From positions 10,602,001 to 10,666,000 of the forward strand of contig OU015569.1 of NCBI GenBank assembly GCA_907165135.1: a stretch of 64,000 nt of DNA. The letters are read 5' to 3'. Shown piece after piece: positions 24,813 through 36,724 of this stretch. The number at the start of each line of letters is the position of its first letter. Position 1 is the stretch's first letter. A model generated the notes under the pieces. That model saw only the letters and a program-made list of their open reading frames with translations. It was not told the DNA's origin and searched no databases. The stretch comes from Oikopleura dioica (lineage: Eukaryota; Animalia; Chordata). A program made the position numbers and the translations under genes.

Positions 24813-26654
24813 TTAGTTCATGTGAGGCACGATCCAGTCCAAGAAAGCGGAGACTTTAGTCCACACGCCGGGTGAATTTGGCTCAGCGCATCCGAAGCCC
24901 CAGCTTGTGACTCCGACCACAACGGGTTGGTTATCTTTGTCAGCGCAAATCAATGGCCCTCCGGAGTCGCCTTGGCATCCGTCCTTACCTCCTTGTGGCC
25001 AGCCAGCGCAGATGTGCTCGTCGCTGCGGACATAGCCAGAGTTTCGAGTTTTCGCACACTCGGCGTCCGAGTAAATCTTTTTGACGCGCTCGATACAAGT
25101 AAACAGAAATAAACACTGCCAAACAATGATTTACCTTATTTATCGCCTAAACAAAAAATTCTGATATCACTTTTTTAACTAGATTTTTGTTACTAGTAAT
25201 TGTTTCGATTTTGATACTCGGCTTGTCTATCAGATAGAACACGTTTCCTGTAAGTCAACTTCTTGTAACTCCTGTGGGAGGGATTTGAATCCCGCTGGAT
25301 GGTTCACGAGTCCCCAACCGGCAGACCAGCATCGAGTCCCATGAGCAGGCATCGAACCCGCCTCTGGAAGACACGCGGGAGCACCATTATGAAGCTTGAG
25401 GTTAACAGCGCCGTTTCGATTAAATTTCAAAATGCAGATGTCATTCACAAGCCCAACTTGTTTATATTCTGGATGGACGATCACTTCGTCGGCTATAAAA
25501 TTAATTACAATTATAACTTTTGCGTGGCGCTTTTCTTACCAGAAATTTTCTTTTCTCCTAAATCGTATTTCCACCTGTGGTGATCGCCAATTGTGATGGA
25601 AATAAACTCTGGAGTATCCATTCGATCCTTGCAGCAATGAGCCGCCGTGATCACTGTCTTGTCGTCGATGATTGTTCCGCCACAGTTGTAGCCAAAGAAA
25701 TTGATGTTGACAATCCACGGCCAAGAGTTTTTGATCGCAGTCACTCCTCCGATTATTCGTTCATCGTTTAGCGGGCTCCATGGTTGCTCCTGCTTCTGCT
25801 GCTGCTTACAAACAAGATTTGGTGGAATTCGGAACACTGGTGGCTCCTCCGCAACTTCCTTATTATCTTCTTCTTTTTGTGGTGGCGTTTGGCAGTACCA
25901 GTTTCCATAGTACGTCGACAAACTCGGTTCATCGACGATTTTGGAACCAATTCGCCAATGGCACTTGCCGCCTTTGTCCATTCGATCTTTCGGCCAGCTG
26001 ATGCACTTGCAGACTGCTTGGATTTTCGTCTTGTTGATCGGCTTGATTGCTGTCATTTTCTTGGGATAACCAGGGCATGTGATTTTCATGATGCGCTTGA
26101 TGCTACTTCCCCATTTGCGATATAACTCCTCAGCGTGTACATCTGAGGCGTCTGTGTTGAAGTCGTCGCAAGTTTTGCACTGAGTTTTGTTTTTATGAGC
26201 TCTATTTGTTCCATAAACTTTGTGTCACTAAGTTTACAAGTGCTCTTGTTATTTTTCTAGAGGCGCAAACAGTAACTATGGTCTAATTATAAAAAGGTGT
26301 TCTGCATGACATCATGTATATGATAATAAGACAGGGTAATTACTTTTAAAAACATTCCTCAGCAAGTTCATTCATGAACTGGTAGTCCCACGGTTGTGGC
26401 CCCCACCATATACGTCTGCACCTGGCGAACTCGTGACCGCCGTAAAAGTGGTAACCATCATCGCAGATGACCTGACAACGGTCACCACGACATCTGACCT
26501 CTCCGTTGCTGACTTCGAAAGTACTCTGGCCGGCAGCGCCTATTTTCGGCAAGTTGTCCTCTTTGAAGCCCTGCGATACGAAATTTCCATCTTCGAAGCA
26601 TCTCTGATATTCGCCACTCGCCGCGGTGGACGCCACCAAGAACGAAATCTTCAT
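24813..26654 (-). CDS. Secreted trypsin-family (S1A) serine protease with Cys-rich N-terminal modules
   Basis: Signal peptide [13 protein letters not shown], activation site R-IIGG, WPWIV, CGGTII, TAAHC, NDICILK, GDSGGPL and [17 protein letters not shown]. The catalytic triad is intact. Confidence 0.9.
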
Positions 26655-27560
26655 GAGTATCTCTATTTTTTGAAAAGCAACTGGCGCTGCAGTGCCGTGG
26701 AGAACTATTTATAATGGTGCTTTGGTTGTGCGCTGTAGCACCGCAGTTTTGGCCGACCAGCACCACTCGGGAAATTATGCGCCATTGCGGTGACGTGCGC
26801 CTGCTTATCATTGGATTCGCCCTGCGCCCTGATCGTGTTTATTATCGTTTAGTTGTATTATCGTTGAATGTGATTTTGAGAGAACTTTTACGAACTGCTT
26901 GTTTTGATACCAGAATGTTGAACATGCTGAGACATGCTTCAAGATAAATGCTCAATTAATTGGTCCTCTATCATTTCAAATCATATCATTTTGCAAATAA
27001 TGAATGATGATATTCTTGGTTTATGCAGCATAAAACCAATTATACTCTACTCATATTCGTTCTTCTTATTTAGGGCTTGCAAAGAGTAGTCTGCTATCTC
27101 TTTCTCCAAGAGTAAAAAATGAAATCAACAGTCGCTTTGCTTTCATAAGACCTTACTGTATTGAAATATTGCTCTGCAGAAATCTTCAAAGACTTATATA
27201 ATATAAGACGTATATTTGATAATATAACTTTTTCTTTATCAAATAATCTGAGATGAGGGTTATTTTTTGTAAATAAATATATATTCTTTATATCAGTCCA
27301 GAAAAAAAAAATTGATAGAACACTCTTTGAATAAGATGGAATGTGACGTTTTAGCATAAGTTGAATTACGTTTGTAGATTAAAAAGTGAAGAATGTGGAA
27401 AGGAGCCATTGTTTTGTACAAATATTAAAAGACATGTCACGTTTACGTTGAGCACTAATTAGTACGGGAGTCTAAACAGGTGTTTTAGGAAGTCAAAAAT
27501 AGCCTAATTTTAATTGAATCCGAAGAATTATTGACATTTGTTTGAGCTTCATAAGTTAGT

Positions 27561-29647
27561 TCAGATGATGTACGCTCCTTCTTGGTCCTTGATTTGGTTT
27601 TCTTTGAAGAAGTAGATGAGGTTCGAAAGTCGCCACTTTTGGTGTATCGCTGGGAAGTACTGCGTTCCCCCACGACCGATGGTTTGGAAGTTGAGGTGAA
27701 GCATCAGACACATACTAGCAGCACCTCCACTGCAAAGAATGGTGCAAAGCATTTCGAAAGCAGTCCAAGGCCTTAAAAAATATTAACACATTAAAAAGAG
27801 GGGCTCGAATTGAAAGGCTATTACTAATAGCTAGGGGAAACCACTAATAATTGAGCTTTTTTTTGGGCTTAGTAGAGTAGGCACTTACGTTTCTCTATCG
27901 ACGATGCACAGTGCATAAATATATCCGAGCTGGTTGAGCACCATGGTTCCGATAAAGATTACAAACAGCCTGTGATTTCCACGGGCAATAGTTCTTTGAA
28001 GAAAAAGGCAATGATGGTCAAAGTCAAGATAGGCGGCGTTGGTGAGTTTGCAGTACTTGGCCTTTGGCGGGAGAATAATTCTCAGCTGGTGACAATAATT
28101 CGAGCTGTGGGCTAAAAATTGTCACGTAATTGACAATTGAGGGATTTGTGGTTAGCCTACCGTCTTGGTCGATAATGCGCTGCAACGCGGCATTGGGCTT
28201 CTGAGAAGTAGTTGATTGCGGAAGTTTGAAGGGATGGGCGGTTAGGACCTCTTTGGTAGCTTTGGCCATGCAAACATGGAGAAAAATACAGAAGATTAGG
28301 CTGCTTTTGAAGTGGCCATCATCGCGCAAAATGGGACGCAGCAGCAAGTTGATGTAGAATGAAAGGAAACAGGCGAGAACTGTAGAGAGGAAAAATCCTT
28401 TGAAGAAGGGATTGGGAAGGCCGCTGGGGTGTTTGATCCGGTGTCCGTTCTTTTTACCCAGAAAGACTAGCATTCCAATTGCGAACAAAAGGAAAGGAAG
28501 AACAGCGAAAATACTTTTGATTTCGTAGTATTCCATTAAAAGCGAAACGATAAGAAGACCAACAACCAGTTTCATCGGCTGCTGCATATTCTGCGCTTTA
28601 TATCGGCTCGATACTTTAGATCTACTTCAGCCGGTCAAAGCGAAGAAAATTCTGAAGCCAATCCTTGAATTTTTGAGCCAGCGAATTTTGCTTTCTTATT
28701 CCAGGTGACGTCAAGAAACTGGTCGCTAAATGGTGACGAGGGGGTAGATCCCGGCTTCATCGGATTTCCACGGCCTCGATCTTTTTCTGACGCCTTATTG
28801 TCCGCCAATTGAAGGGGCAGAAATCCACCTCTGTCTCTTCTTTGGAGCAAATCCCAGCCTTAGAAATTCAGTTATAATAATTGATAAAATTGTCTATTTG
28901 TAGTTACCTGCTGTTTCGCAGATTTTCCATGTTATTTGCGTGTTTAAACTTTGGCAAGAATAATGGACGGCGCTTTGAAGTTCCGAGTCTTCTTCTCGAG
29001 CGCTTCGGGGAAAATGATCCAGGATAACTTCTGCCGTCTCCATTTGATTCTTGTGCAGACTCTCTTGCAGCGGCGTTCGGCCATATTTGTCCTTTGCCGT
29101 TGCGTTGAAAAGGTCCATTTCTATCAAATAATGAACCATGCCCACGAAGCCTTGTCGCACCGCGGAATGGCTGATTGAACCGTTCCCGTTGTCGACGGCT
29201 TTTACGTTTGCGCCTAAAAACTCAAGTTATAATTTCCAAAAAGCCAATTCCATTTCATCACCAGATTCAATGAGCAAATCTACAATAGGCAAGCTTCCGG
29301 CAAGAACGGCGCAATGAAGAGGCGTCTCGCCATAGTCTGTTCTGCTATTGACATCTGCCCCTGAAGAGAGTAGTTTCATCGCTAGTTTCATGTCCGACTT
29401 TCTGGAGGCGACATGCAGCGGTCGTTGACTGAAAAAGAGAATATGAATTCTGAAAAAATGATTTTGCTTACCCTGCGTATCCAGGTGCGTTTATTTCCCC
29501 ATCGAAGGTTGGATTTTCGATAAAGAAGTAAATCTTCTCCTGGTTATTCTGCCTGAGTGCATGGTCGAGACACTCTGGCTCGCTCAAATCTACGGGCGGC
29601 GGGCCGGCGTACTCGGGTATGTAGCCCTGCTGCTTTGGATAGCTCAT
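27561..29647 (-). CDS. Ankyrin-repeat DHHC palmitoyltransferase (ZDHHC13/17-like architecture)
   Basis: Ankyrin repeats (RPLHVAS, GETPLHCAV, GRTPLQES), several TM helices and DFDHHCLFLQRTIARGNHRLF at ~27975-28020. Confidence 0.8.
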
Positions 29648-29877
29648 TACTGCTTGTGCATAATTTGCTCTGAAAGGAAAAGCTGCATTTCGAGAAAACG
29701 GATATATTTTCACATATTCAGTATTAATGAACAGTAAAATGAACAGTCACATAGAATATAATAATGGTAATAGAGTAGAGTTGAGGTGACATCGGTAGAC
29801 AAATCGCTTTTGAGATTGTAGGGATCTGGAGATTGTCACAAACAGAGAGACAGTGCATAGTTGGCCGAAGAACGATA

Positions 29878-31777
29878 CTAGCTCGAGTACGAGTTGATAT
29901 CGTTGATTCTTGGACGCGTCATAATCTTGAAGTGAAGCTCAGTTTCGCTGGAAAATGAAAAACCATCCCTACCTTATTGATGCTTTCAATAATCGCTCCG
30001 GCTGGGGCCTTTTTGAGGTCTTTTTCGGTGAATAAAATACACGAGTTGTTGTTTGGTTTCTTTGCAACGAGTCCAAATACTTTGCCGCTCTGGTGCACTC
30101 TGCTGTGAGGATCAAAGTCGCAAAAGCTCACCGTCTCGGCGGGGAAGTGCTTGCGGAAGAACTTAAGCCGCTGCGAGTCAGTCACCGTCACGCCTTCCGA
30201 TGTAATCTTAAGATGTACTGGACATTTGACGTTTTCCCGCAACGAGAGATACTCCGCCATACATCGCTCCATGGCAGCCCGCCCTGTCAGCATTTCCGTA
30301 TCTGTTAACAATATTGAGTAAAATGATATTCTTCGCAAGGATTTCTTGCTATTAAATATTCAGTACCGGTTTCGTGGAGGAAAAAGGTGCAGAAAACGTC
30401 GGCAGGCGGCCTCGTTCCACCATCAACGACGATTTTTCCAGACGTCTGTGATTCGCTTCTGTCTGTAAGATCCAAAACAGGAATATTTAGTTTGACAGGC
30501 AGCGCCAGTTGCATGTGGCTGTGTTGATGGGGAAGGGTGCTCTTGTGGCACTGTCTCTCTTGTGGCACTTTCTCTCCTGTGGCACTTGCGCCCGCTGTGG
30601 TATACCACTGGAGAGACAGTGCCACAAGAGAGACAGTGCCACAAGAGAGACATTTTCAACTATCAGATTCTCGAAATGATAATTTTAGGGAGTCCACCGA
30701 CCCGTCTCCATGTGCGCGCCTCGCTGTTTTCCATTTGATAACATTTTCGATTCACATAAATTTTTGGATGGACTAAACTTTCAATAGACGATTGAGTCAT
30801 GTTACTATGTAACAGTTACATAAGTTCTGTATGATACAGACTGTATCCTTGATATCAAGAATCCAAATTTTCGGAAAAACTCACCGTAAGTGCGAGATGT
30901 GATTAGTTGACGAAATGACAATGAAAGGTCAAGGAAAGTTTTGTCCACGTAGAAAAATAAATTTTAATCAGAAAAAGTTATATCGGCAAAAAAAGAAACT
31001 AAAAAACTGCGAGCCACGCGCGTGGAGCTGGGTTGGCGGATTCCCTAGGAAGATTATCATTTTGAAAATCTGATAGAGAACGCTTTTGAAAATGTCTCCC
31101 TTGTGGCACTGTCTCTCTTGTGGCACTGTCTCTCCTGTGGTATACCACAACAGGCGCAAGTGCCACAGGAGAGACAGTGCCACAGGAGGCAAATATGACG
31201 AAAGTGCCACAAGAGCACCCTCTCCGTGTTGATGAATAAGAGCAGCCAAAGATGGAAAAAATGGCTCCCTTCTAGAAAATACGTAAGCATAGAGTCTCCC
31301 CATTTGAGAGTCATTAAAAATACAATCCGTCATGGATCCATGGAATTCTTACCTATCATCGCCCGATATTCTGACTCCTTTCTCCTTCACAGACTCAATG
31401 AGGAAGTGACGCACAAGCTCTGACTCCGGATCTTGATCTGGGCGAAGATTGTCGAACACAGATTGCGGAACCTAACCGTTCTTTTAAGCTAATTTTGAAT
31501 CGGCAATTATTACCTGATGTCTATCCACCCTGACGACGAGTCCAAAATTGCCGCTGTAAGTTTTCGAGTCTCTGACCAAAAAGTCGCCGGCTTTTCTATC
31601 ACTTCCTTTTAGCAGTTTAATCGCTTCATCACGTGACATTGTCGGTTTATACCAAAAGCTCTCTGGAGTGCGGTAAGAGGAGGAAGAAGCTTCAACAGTT
31701 TGTCCACTCGTGCTGGGCATCGTCAACGAGAAATTATCGCGCGAGAAACTGGAGCTGAAAATGCTCGCTGAAATCAA
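29878..31777 (-). CDS. TNS: Tensin-family SH2 + PTB protein (C-terminal part; upstream exons probably extend toward ~33.6 kb)
   Basis: SH2: FWYKPTMSRDEAIKLL..GDFLVRDSKTYSGNFGL, ELVRHFLIE..KGVR, PFFPSLAALIHQH/SHMQLALPVKLNIP. PTB: VHLKITSEGVTVTDSQRLKFFRKHFP..VSFCDFDP, VFGLVAKK. Confidence 0.88.
30530..31225. mobile_element. 696-bp Mutator-like (MULE) non-autonomous element: ~130-bp TIRs, 9-bp TSD, inside the tensin SH2 exon
   Basis: TSD GTGTTGATG at 30521-30529 and 31226-31234. Termini GGGAAGGGTGCTCTTGTGGCACT / AGTGCCACAAGAGCACCCTCTCC. Subterminal GTGCCACAAGAGAGACA repeats surround a GTGGTATACCAC palindrome. Confidence 0.9.
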
Positions 31778-34300
31778 GGAAGAGAACCGAGGTTCTGAAT
31801 CTTTTTATCTACCTCGAGTGTCGGCGAGGGCTCACTTGATGATATATGCTCGTATGTTGTCTGCCTGCGGTAAAATGTGACTGGGAGCTCTTCAACTCTT
31901 CAGATTGAAATTTCTGCTCCGTCGGTTTCGCCTCTTTCCCCGACTCTGAAATTCGAGCATTATCTTTTTGTGTAGACCCGAACAAAGACCAGGTATTCTC
32001 GCCATTATCTTGTGTTTGCCTCTCGGCTAATAACGAATAACTAGAGGGTTTTACTGCTCATTTCAATAGAGAACGCTTGGCGTTGGTAGATATTCCACTG
32101 GTTAAAAAATCCAAGAAGTTTTTAGTACTTGATTGACCTTACTTGATTAGTAATGAAAGGTATTTCTCGTTTTGAAAGTTTTGAAAGTGGAATTATGCCG
32201 TGGTGAGTAAATTCTCTTTTATCTCTCCCTCGGGTGGTGATTCATCAGCTGAAGCCAGAGTCTTGATGAATCCGACACTAATTGGCCCTAAAGAGCCGCC
32301 CCAATTAGCACCTCTATAGGTTTAATGTCGCAAATCATCTTTTATAAAGACCATAAAAAGACTTCCGTTGCCTTTTTTTCTTCCCCTAAATATATCCTAG
32401 CGCTCTTCTTGGCTCTGGTACTCGCCTGGTGATTAAGAAGCTCTGGCTATCTTTTAATAACGACAGTAATCTTGTTTTGTAAAGCCAGATAAGGATACAC
32501 TTGTATTTAGAGGGCTGAGACAGCATTATCTCATAACTAAAATCACGTCCTTTCATAAACAAAAAGCTCACGTGAAGATCTTGATCGACCTAAGGAACAT
32601 GTTCTTTCTAAAAGGCGACAAAAAGAGGGGTGTTCAGAAAATTCAAATTGAAATCCACGAGTACAAAAAGTTAACCTTTCAACGAAGACCAGAGTCTTGG
32701 CCTTTTCACGCATCCAAGAACCATTTTCGCTATCTCTCTTATTTTTTCCTCTCTCACAAATCTCTGTCCGTACTCGTGATCAAAAAAAAGTTGCACCCAG
32801 TGTTCGCTTTTAGGCTAATTTATTTCTCCTGCTGGTGGGAGGTTATTAACAAAATCCTCTCCGCTGCGAGAGTACTACTCCGGGCCGGACATCACAAAAG
32901 AGATAGTGAGAGAGCGGATTGTCGAAAATTTTTACGAGTTCTGACGAAAAAGTGACACAAAGTTGGCTTCCACCGAATCGTTAGTTATAAATAGAAAAAG
33001 GTACTTCTCTTTGTTTTAAATAATTAATCAATTTCTACTACTCTTCGAGATAACTTGAGAGCAAAAGATTAGCACCCTCTGGAGAAACTTTATTACTACC
33101 AACATAGAAACTGAAAATACGCTGAATGGAATCTCCCAGCGTAATACTTAATTTAGAGAATTTTGGCTAATTTATTGGTTTTCATTTATCGCTTGAGTTT
33201 TAATTAAATCCAAATCAAACGTAAAAATGATTATTGACGAAAATTTAAAGAGGCTGATACGTTTGGCTTGAATAGTAATTAGGCCGATGATTGTTAAAAA
33301 AAACATTTTTCATCTGGAAATCATTTGATTAACGCTCAATTTTAGATGAATGAACGAGATTTTCCGGGCTGAATTCGAAATTCTGTAAGCACGGAGATCC
33401 TTCGACCATGTTTTTTAGTCGGAAAATTACGCTAAATTTACGATTAGCGGTTCTATACTTGCCATTTTCGGTGATGAGCTGGGATGAATGCGAAGCTGTG
33501 CGATTTGCATTTCCGTTTCCGGGATAAGCTGGTGGCGGAGGAGGCGTGCTGAATCGCTGCTAGATGACTCCTCTCTGTGTTAGGCTTACCTGCTGTGAAT
33601 ATTGCCGACGAAGCTCATCTGATTCTCGACTTTTGATTCTACTGAGCTTGCATGTTCTGTCTATTCTCTTGGGAATAAAATGCCCACCGGGCGGTGCCTA
33701 CTCTCGAGCATCTAAAAATGGCGATCTCGCGAAAAAAGAAAAAGAATTCATTCTACTCAAATATTTAGTCCCTTACTCATGTGATAGAAATTCGGGCGCA
33801 AGATCTATTGTTTCGACAGTTTTGCCCCCGAGCGAGTGAAAAAAGGAAAGTAGCCTGAAAGAGAATTTTAAGAACAATGAAATTGCTTGTCAAGAAATAA
33901 GGCGGTACTAGCCCCGGTTTTCATCGTTTTTTTACGCCCGAGCTGGGCAAATATTTTTGTATCGATCAACGCGCTGTGAAAACAAGGGATTTGCTTGTCA
34001 CATCTACGCCTGTTACTGAACTCTTGCTCTTTTAGCTGTAGAAAACAACGAGGACTAGACTTTTGAGTTTTTGTTTCTTTTTTTTTTGTTTATTTATTTT
34101 TGATTTGAAGAATTAAGGCATTTTTGAATTGTGGAAGAGAAGAAGGGTAGAGGTAACATTGTTAAAGTAGTAGCAACAGTGGAAAAAGAGGGTAGATCTT
34201 TGCTTCGTTCGGAGTACAGATAACAGTTAGTCATTTGAAATTTGTCTTGTTTAGGTAACATTTACATGGATTTTCGTTTATAATGTCGATATTGTTGATT

Positions 34301-36453
34301 TCAGCTGCGTTGCAAGAAGTCGCTCTGGTAGTCGGGAGACATGGGCGCTTTGATCAGCCTGAACACGGAAACAGAGCCGTGCCAAAATGTCGGTTCTTTC
34401 AGTCTATTTACATTTTTAGAATGAAATTGTTTAACCAGTACTGTTACCTAGCATATTCCGACCAAGAGTCCGTTTGAGTGTCGTACTGCTCGATTAGGTC
34501 TGTTAGACCTGATTCAGAAGCGTATCCTCCAGAAATGGTAATTTTGCCGCCGAGCACTGTAACTGACCCGCCCAAATGGACCTGACTGGAATTTGCCAGA
34601 AGGCTCCAACTCTTCGATAGCGGATCGTAGCTCTGAAGATTCTTTGAGTCGTCTCCTTTTAACTGGCTGACAATTGGAATTCTAGTTTTGCCATAAAGGC
34701 TGTGTACTTTAACCTGCTCAAAAAGGCTGATCTTGCATTGACGCACACATGAACATAAAAACAAGTTAAGATTAATATTCTTCATACGCTCCTACAAGAG
34801 GAAGGGATCGCTAATCGTAGACGGAAAAAAAGTGTTAGCCGTGGCTAGGAAATAGAGGATTCCATTGAGAGACGTCATCATTGGACAGACAGACCAGGGC
34901 TCTGGTGGTTCGAGTTCACATGAATTCCATTCATCCTCATCCGGATTGTACACATAGAGTGAAATGTTTCCACCCTCGCCGTCCTCGTTCAAAGGGCTGG
35001 CAACGACGAACAAGCGACCTTTGGATCCGATCGCCTGCAGATTCTCGCACTTAGTGGGCAAAGCTGCATAGGGTCATAATCATAGTTAATCTGTCTGACG
35101 GATGTCTGGCGGTAGGACCCTGCCTTTTACAGCTTTCCACGCTGATGATTCAGGATCAAAAACTTCAGCGCCGGAATCACCTGATACACAGTACAACTTA
35201 CCGCCTAAATAGAAGTTACCTCCGAGAGTCGTGGAAACACGCAATCATACCGAGACTGGCGGAGCAGTGGTACTCCCTATCCTGAATCATTCCATTTATC
35301 AGAGACCAACTGTCGATTTGAGGCTGGAATCGATAGCATCTATTAGTCACTAGCCCATCTGAACTTCGTCCACCGGAAATATACAGATCTGTACCCAAGG
35401 CGCAAACCGAATAGCCTCCACGGAGCGGCTCGCCAAGTGGCTCCGACAGTCTTCTCCAATGATTACTTATTGGATTGTAACCTTCTACCACCGAAAGTTC
35501 ATCCAAATCAGCGTTTGTGCCACCTATGCGCACGTAGATCTCGAAGATTCCAGTGGAAGGCCGCGGCTTGAATCGGTGATCATAAGCGAAGTCGGACTGA
35601 ATTTAAATATATGAATATGAACAATAAAACATGCATACTGACCCTGTTAATTTTCTTCGCCTGAAAGTCCCTCGCTTCGGAAATGTAATTAGCACACACT
35701 TTTCCCGACATCAATGGAATACTCGAAATTTGCATCAGATAGAATCGTCGCACAAAGGGCAGCTTCACCAAATGAATCAACCTGTCCAAGAATGGCATGC
35801 GTTTCTCAGCATCGTACTGAATCCAGCTCAGTATCAGTTCGAGAACAGTTTCTTCTTTCGGCACCAGTAAATGTTCACTGTTGAGGATTTGCTCGAAGTC
35901 CTCAAGTGGGAGCTTGAAAAACGAGGGGATTGATTTCGCAACTTGTCCAACATTTTCCAGCAAGTAAAGTCGGCTCTTTTCCAGTAGATCCCACATTCCG
36001 ATGCTCTGCGCCAAGTTCGACATATCTTACTGCCGCCGTTAGTGAAAAAAACTGACTAAACAAACTACCTAAACAGTTGGAAGGAGACAATTCGGTAACG
36101 AGAAACTCGGAGCAAAGTCGGCGGACGGAGTCGAATTGAAGAAGATCGGCAGTTTTGAGTAAGATGAGCACGTTTTGTTGATTGACGTCGACTTTACCAG
36201 TGTACGCGTATTCGATAAGGCTTTTGAAGGATTTACTGTCGACCTCGTTTATTCTGATCTTCTCGTGCGACCAGGACTCTTTCAAGGCGCCGGCGAACAT
36301 TGACTTGAAATAATCACTGGCTGCGGCCAAAACAGCCCGATGGACTTTTATTTCTTCATCGCCGAATTCAAGAGTCGTGTCGACAAATATTTCATTTCGC
36401 CAGAGATCTTCAAGTCCCAGTAGCAACTTGGGACTGTATCTCTCATCAAGCAT
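34301..36453 (-). CDS. KLHL21: BTB-BACK-Kelch protein, KLHL21-like
   Basis: HRAVLAAASDYFKSMFAGALKES, a BACK domain, and Kelch repeats VEGYNP..WR.L..GGYSVCALGTDLYISGG, REYHCSASL and HGSVSVFR. Confidence 0.8.
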
Positions 36454-36724
36454 CTTATCAAAAATAAATAAGTAAACCAACTGTCTTCAGTTTTGAATAA
36501 CTCGTATTTATCAATAGTAAGTGGCAGGAGAGGCAGTTTGTCTAGAAAGTCCACAATGAAGTATAGACTGTGAAGTGGAGAATTCACATTGAATATGAAA
36601 TGTAATTTATAAGCTCGAAAAAACGGCTGAAATTACCAATTAAAATTTCAAGTAAGCCACAGAGTAATTGAACTACGTGCAGGCTGCGTAAATTAAGATA
36701 TGCAAGAGACGAAATGGCAAGGAG

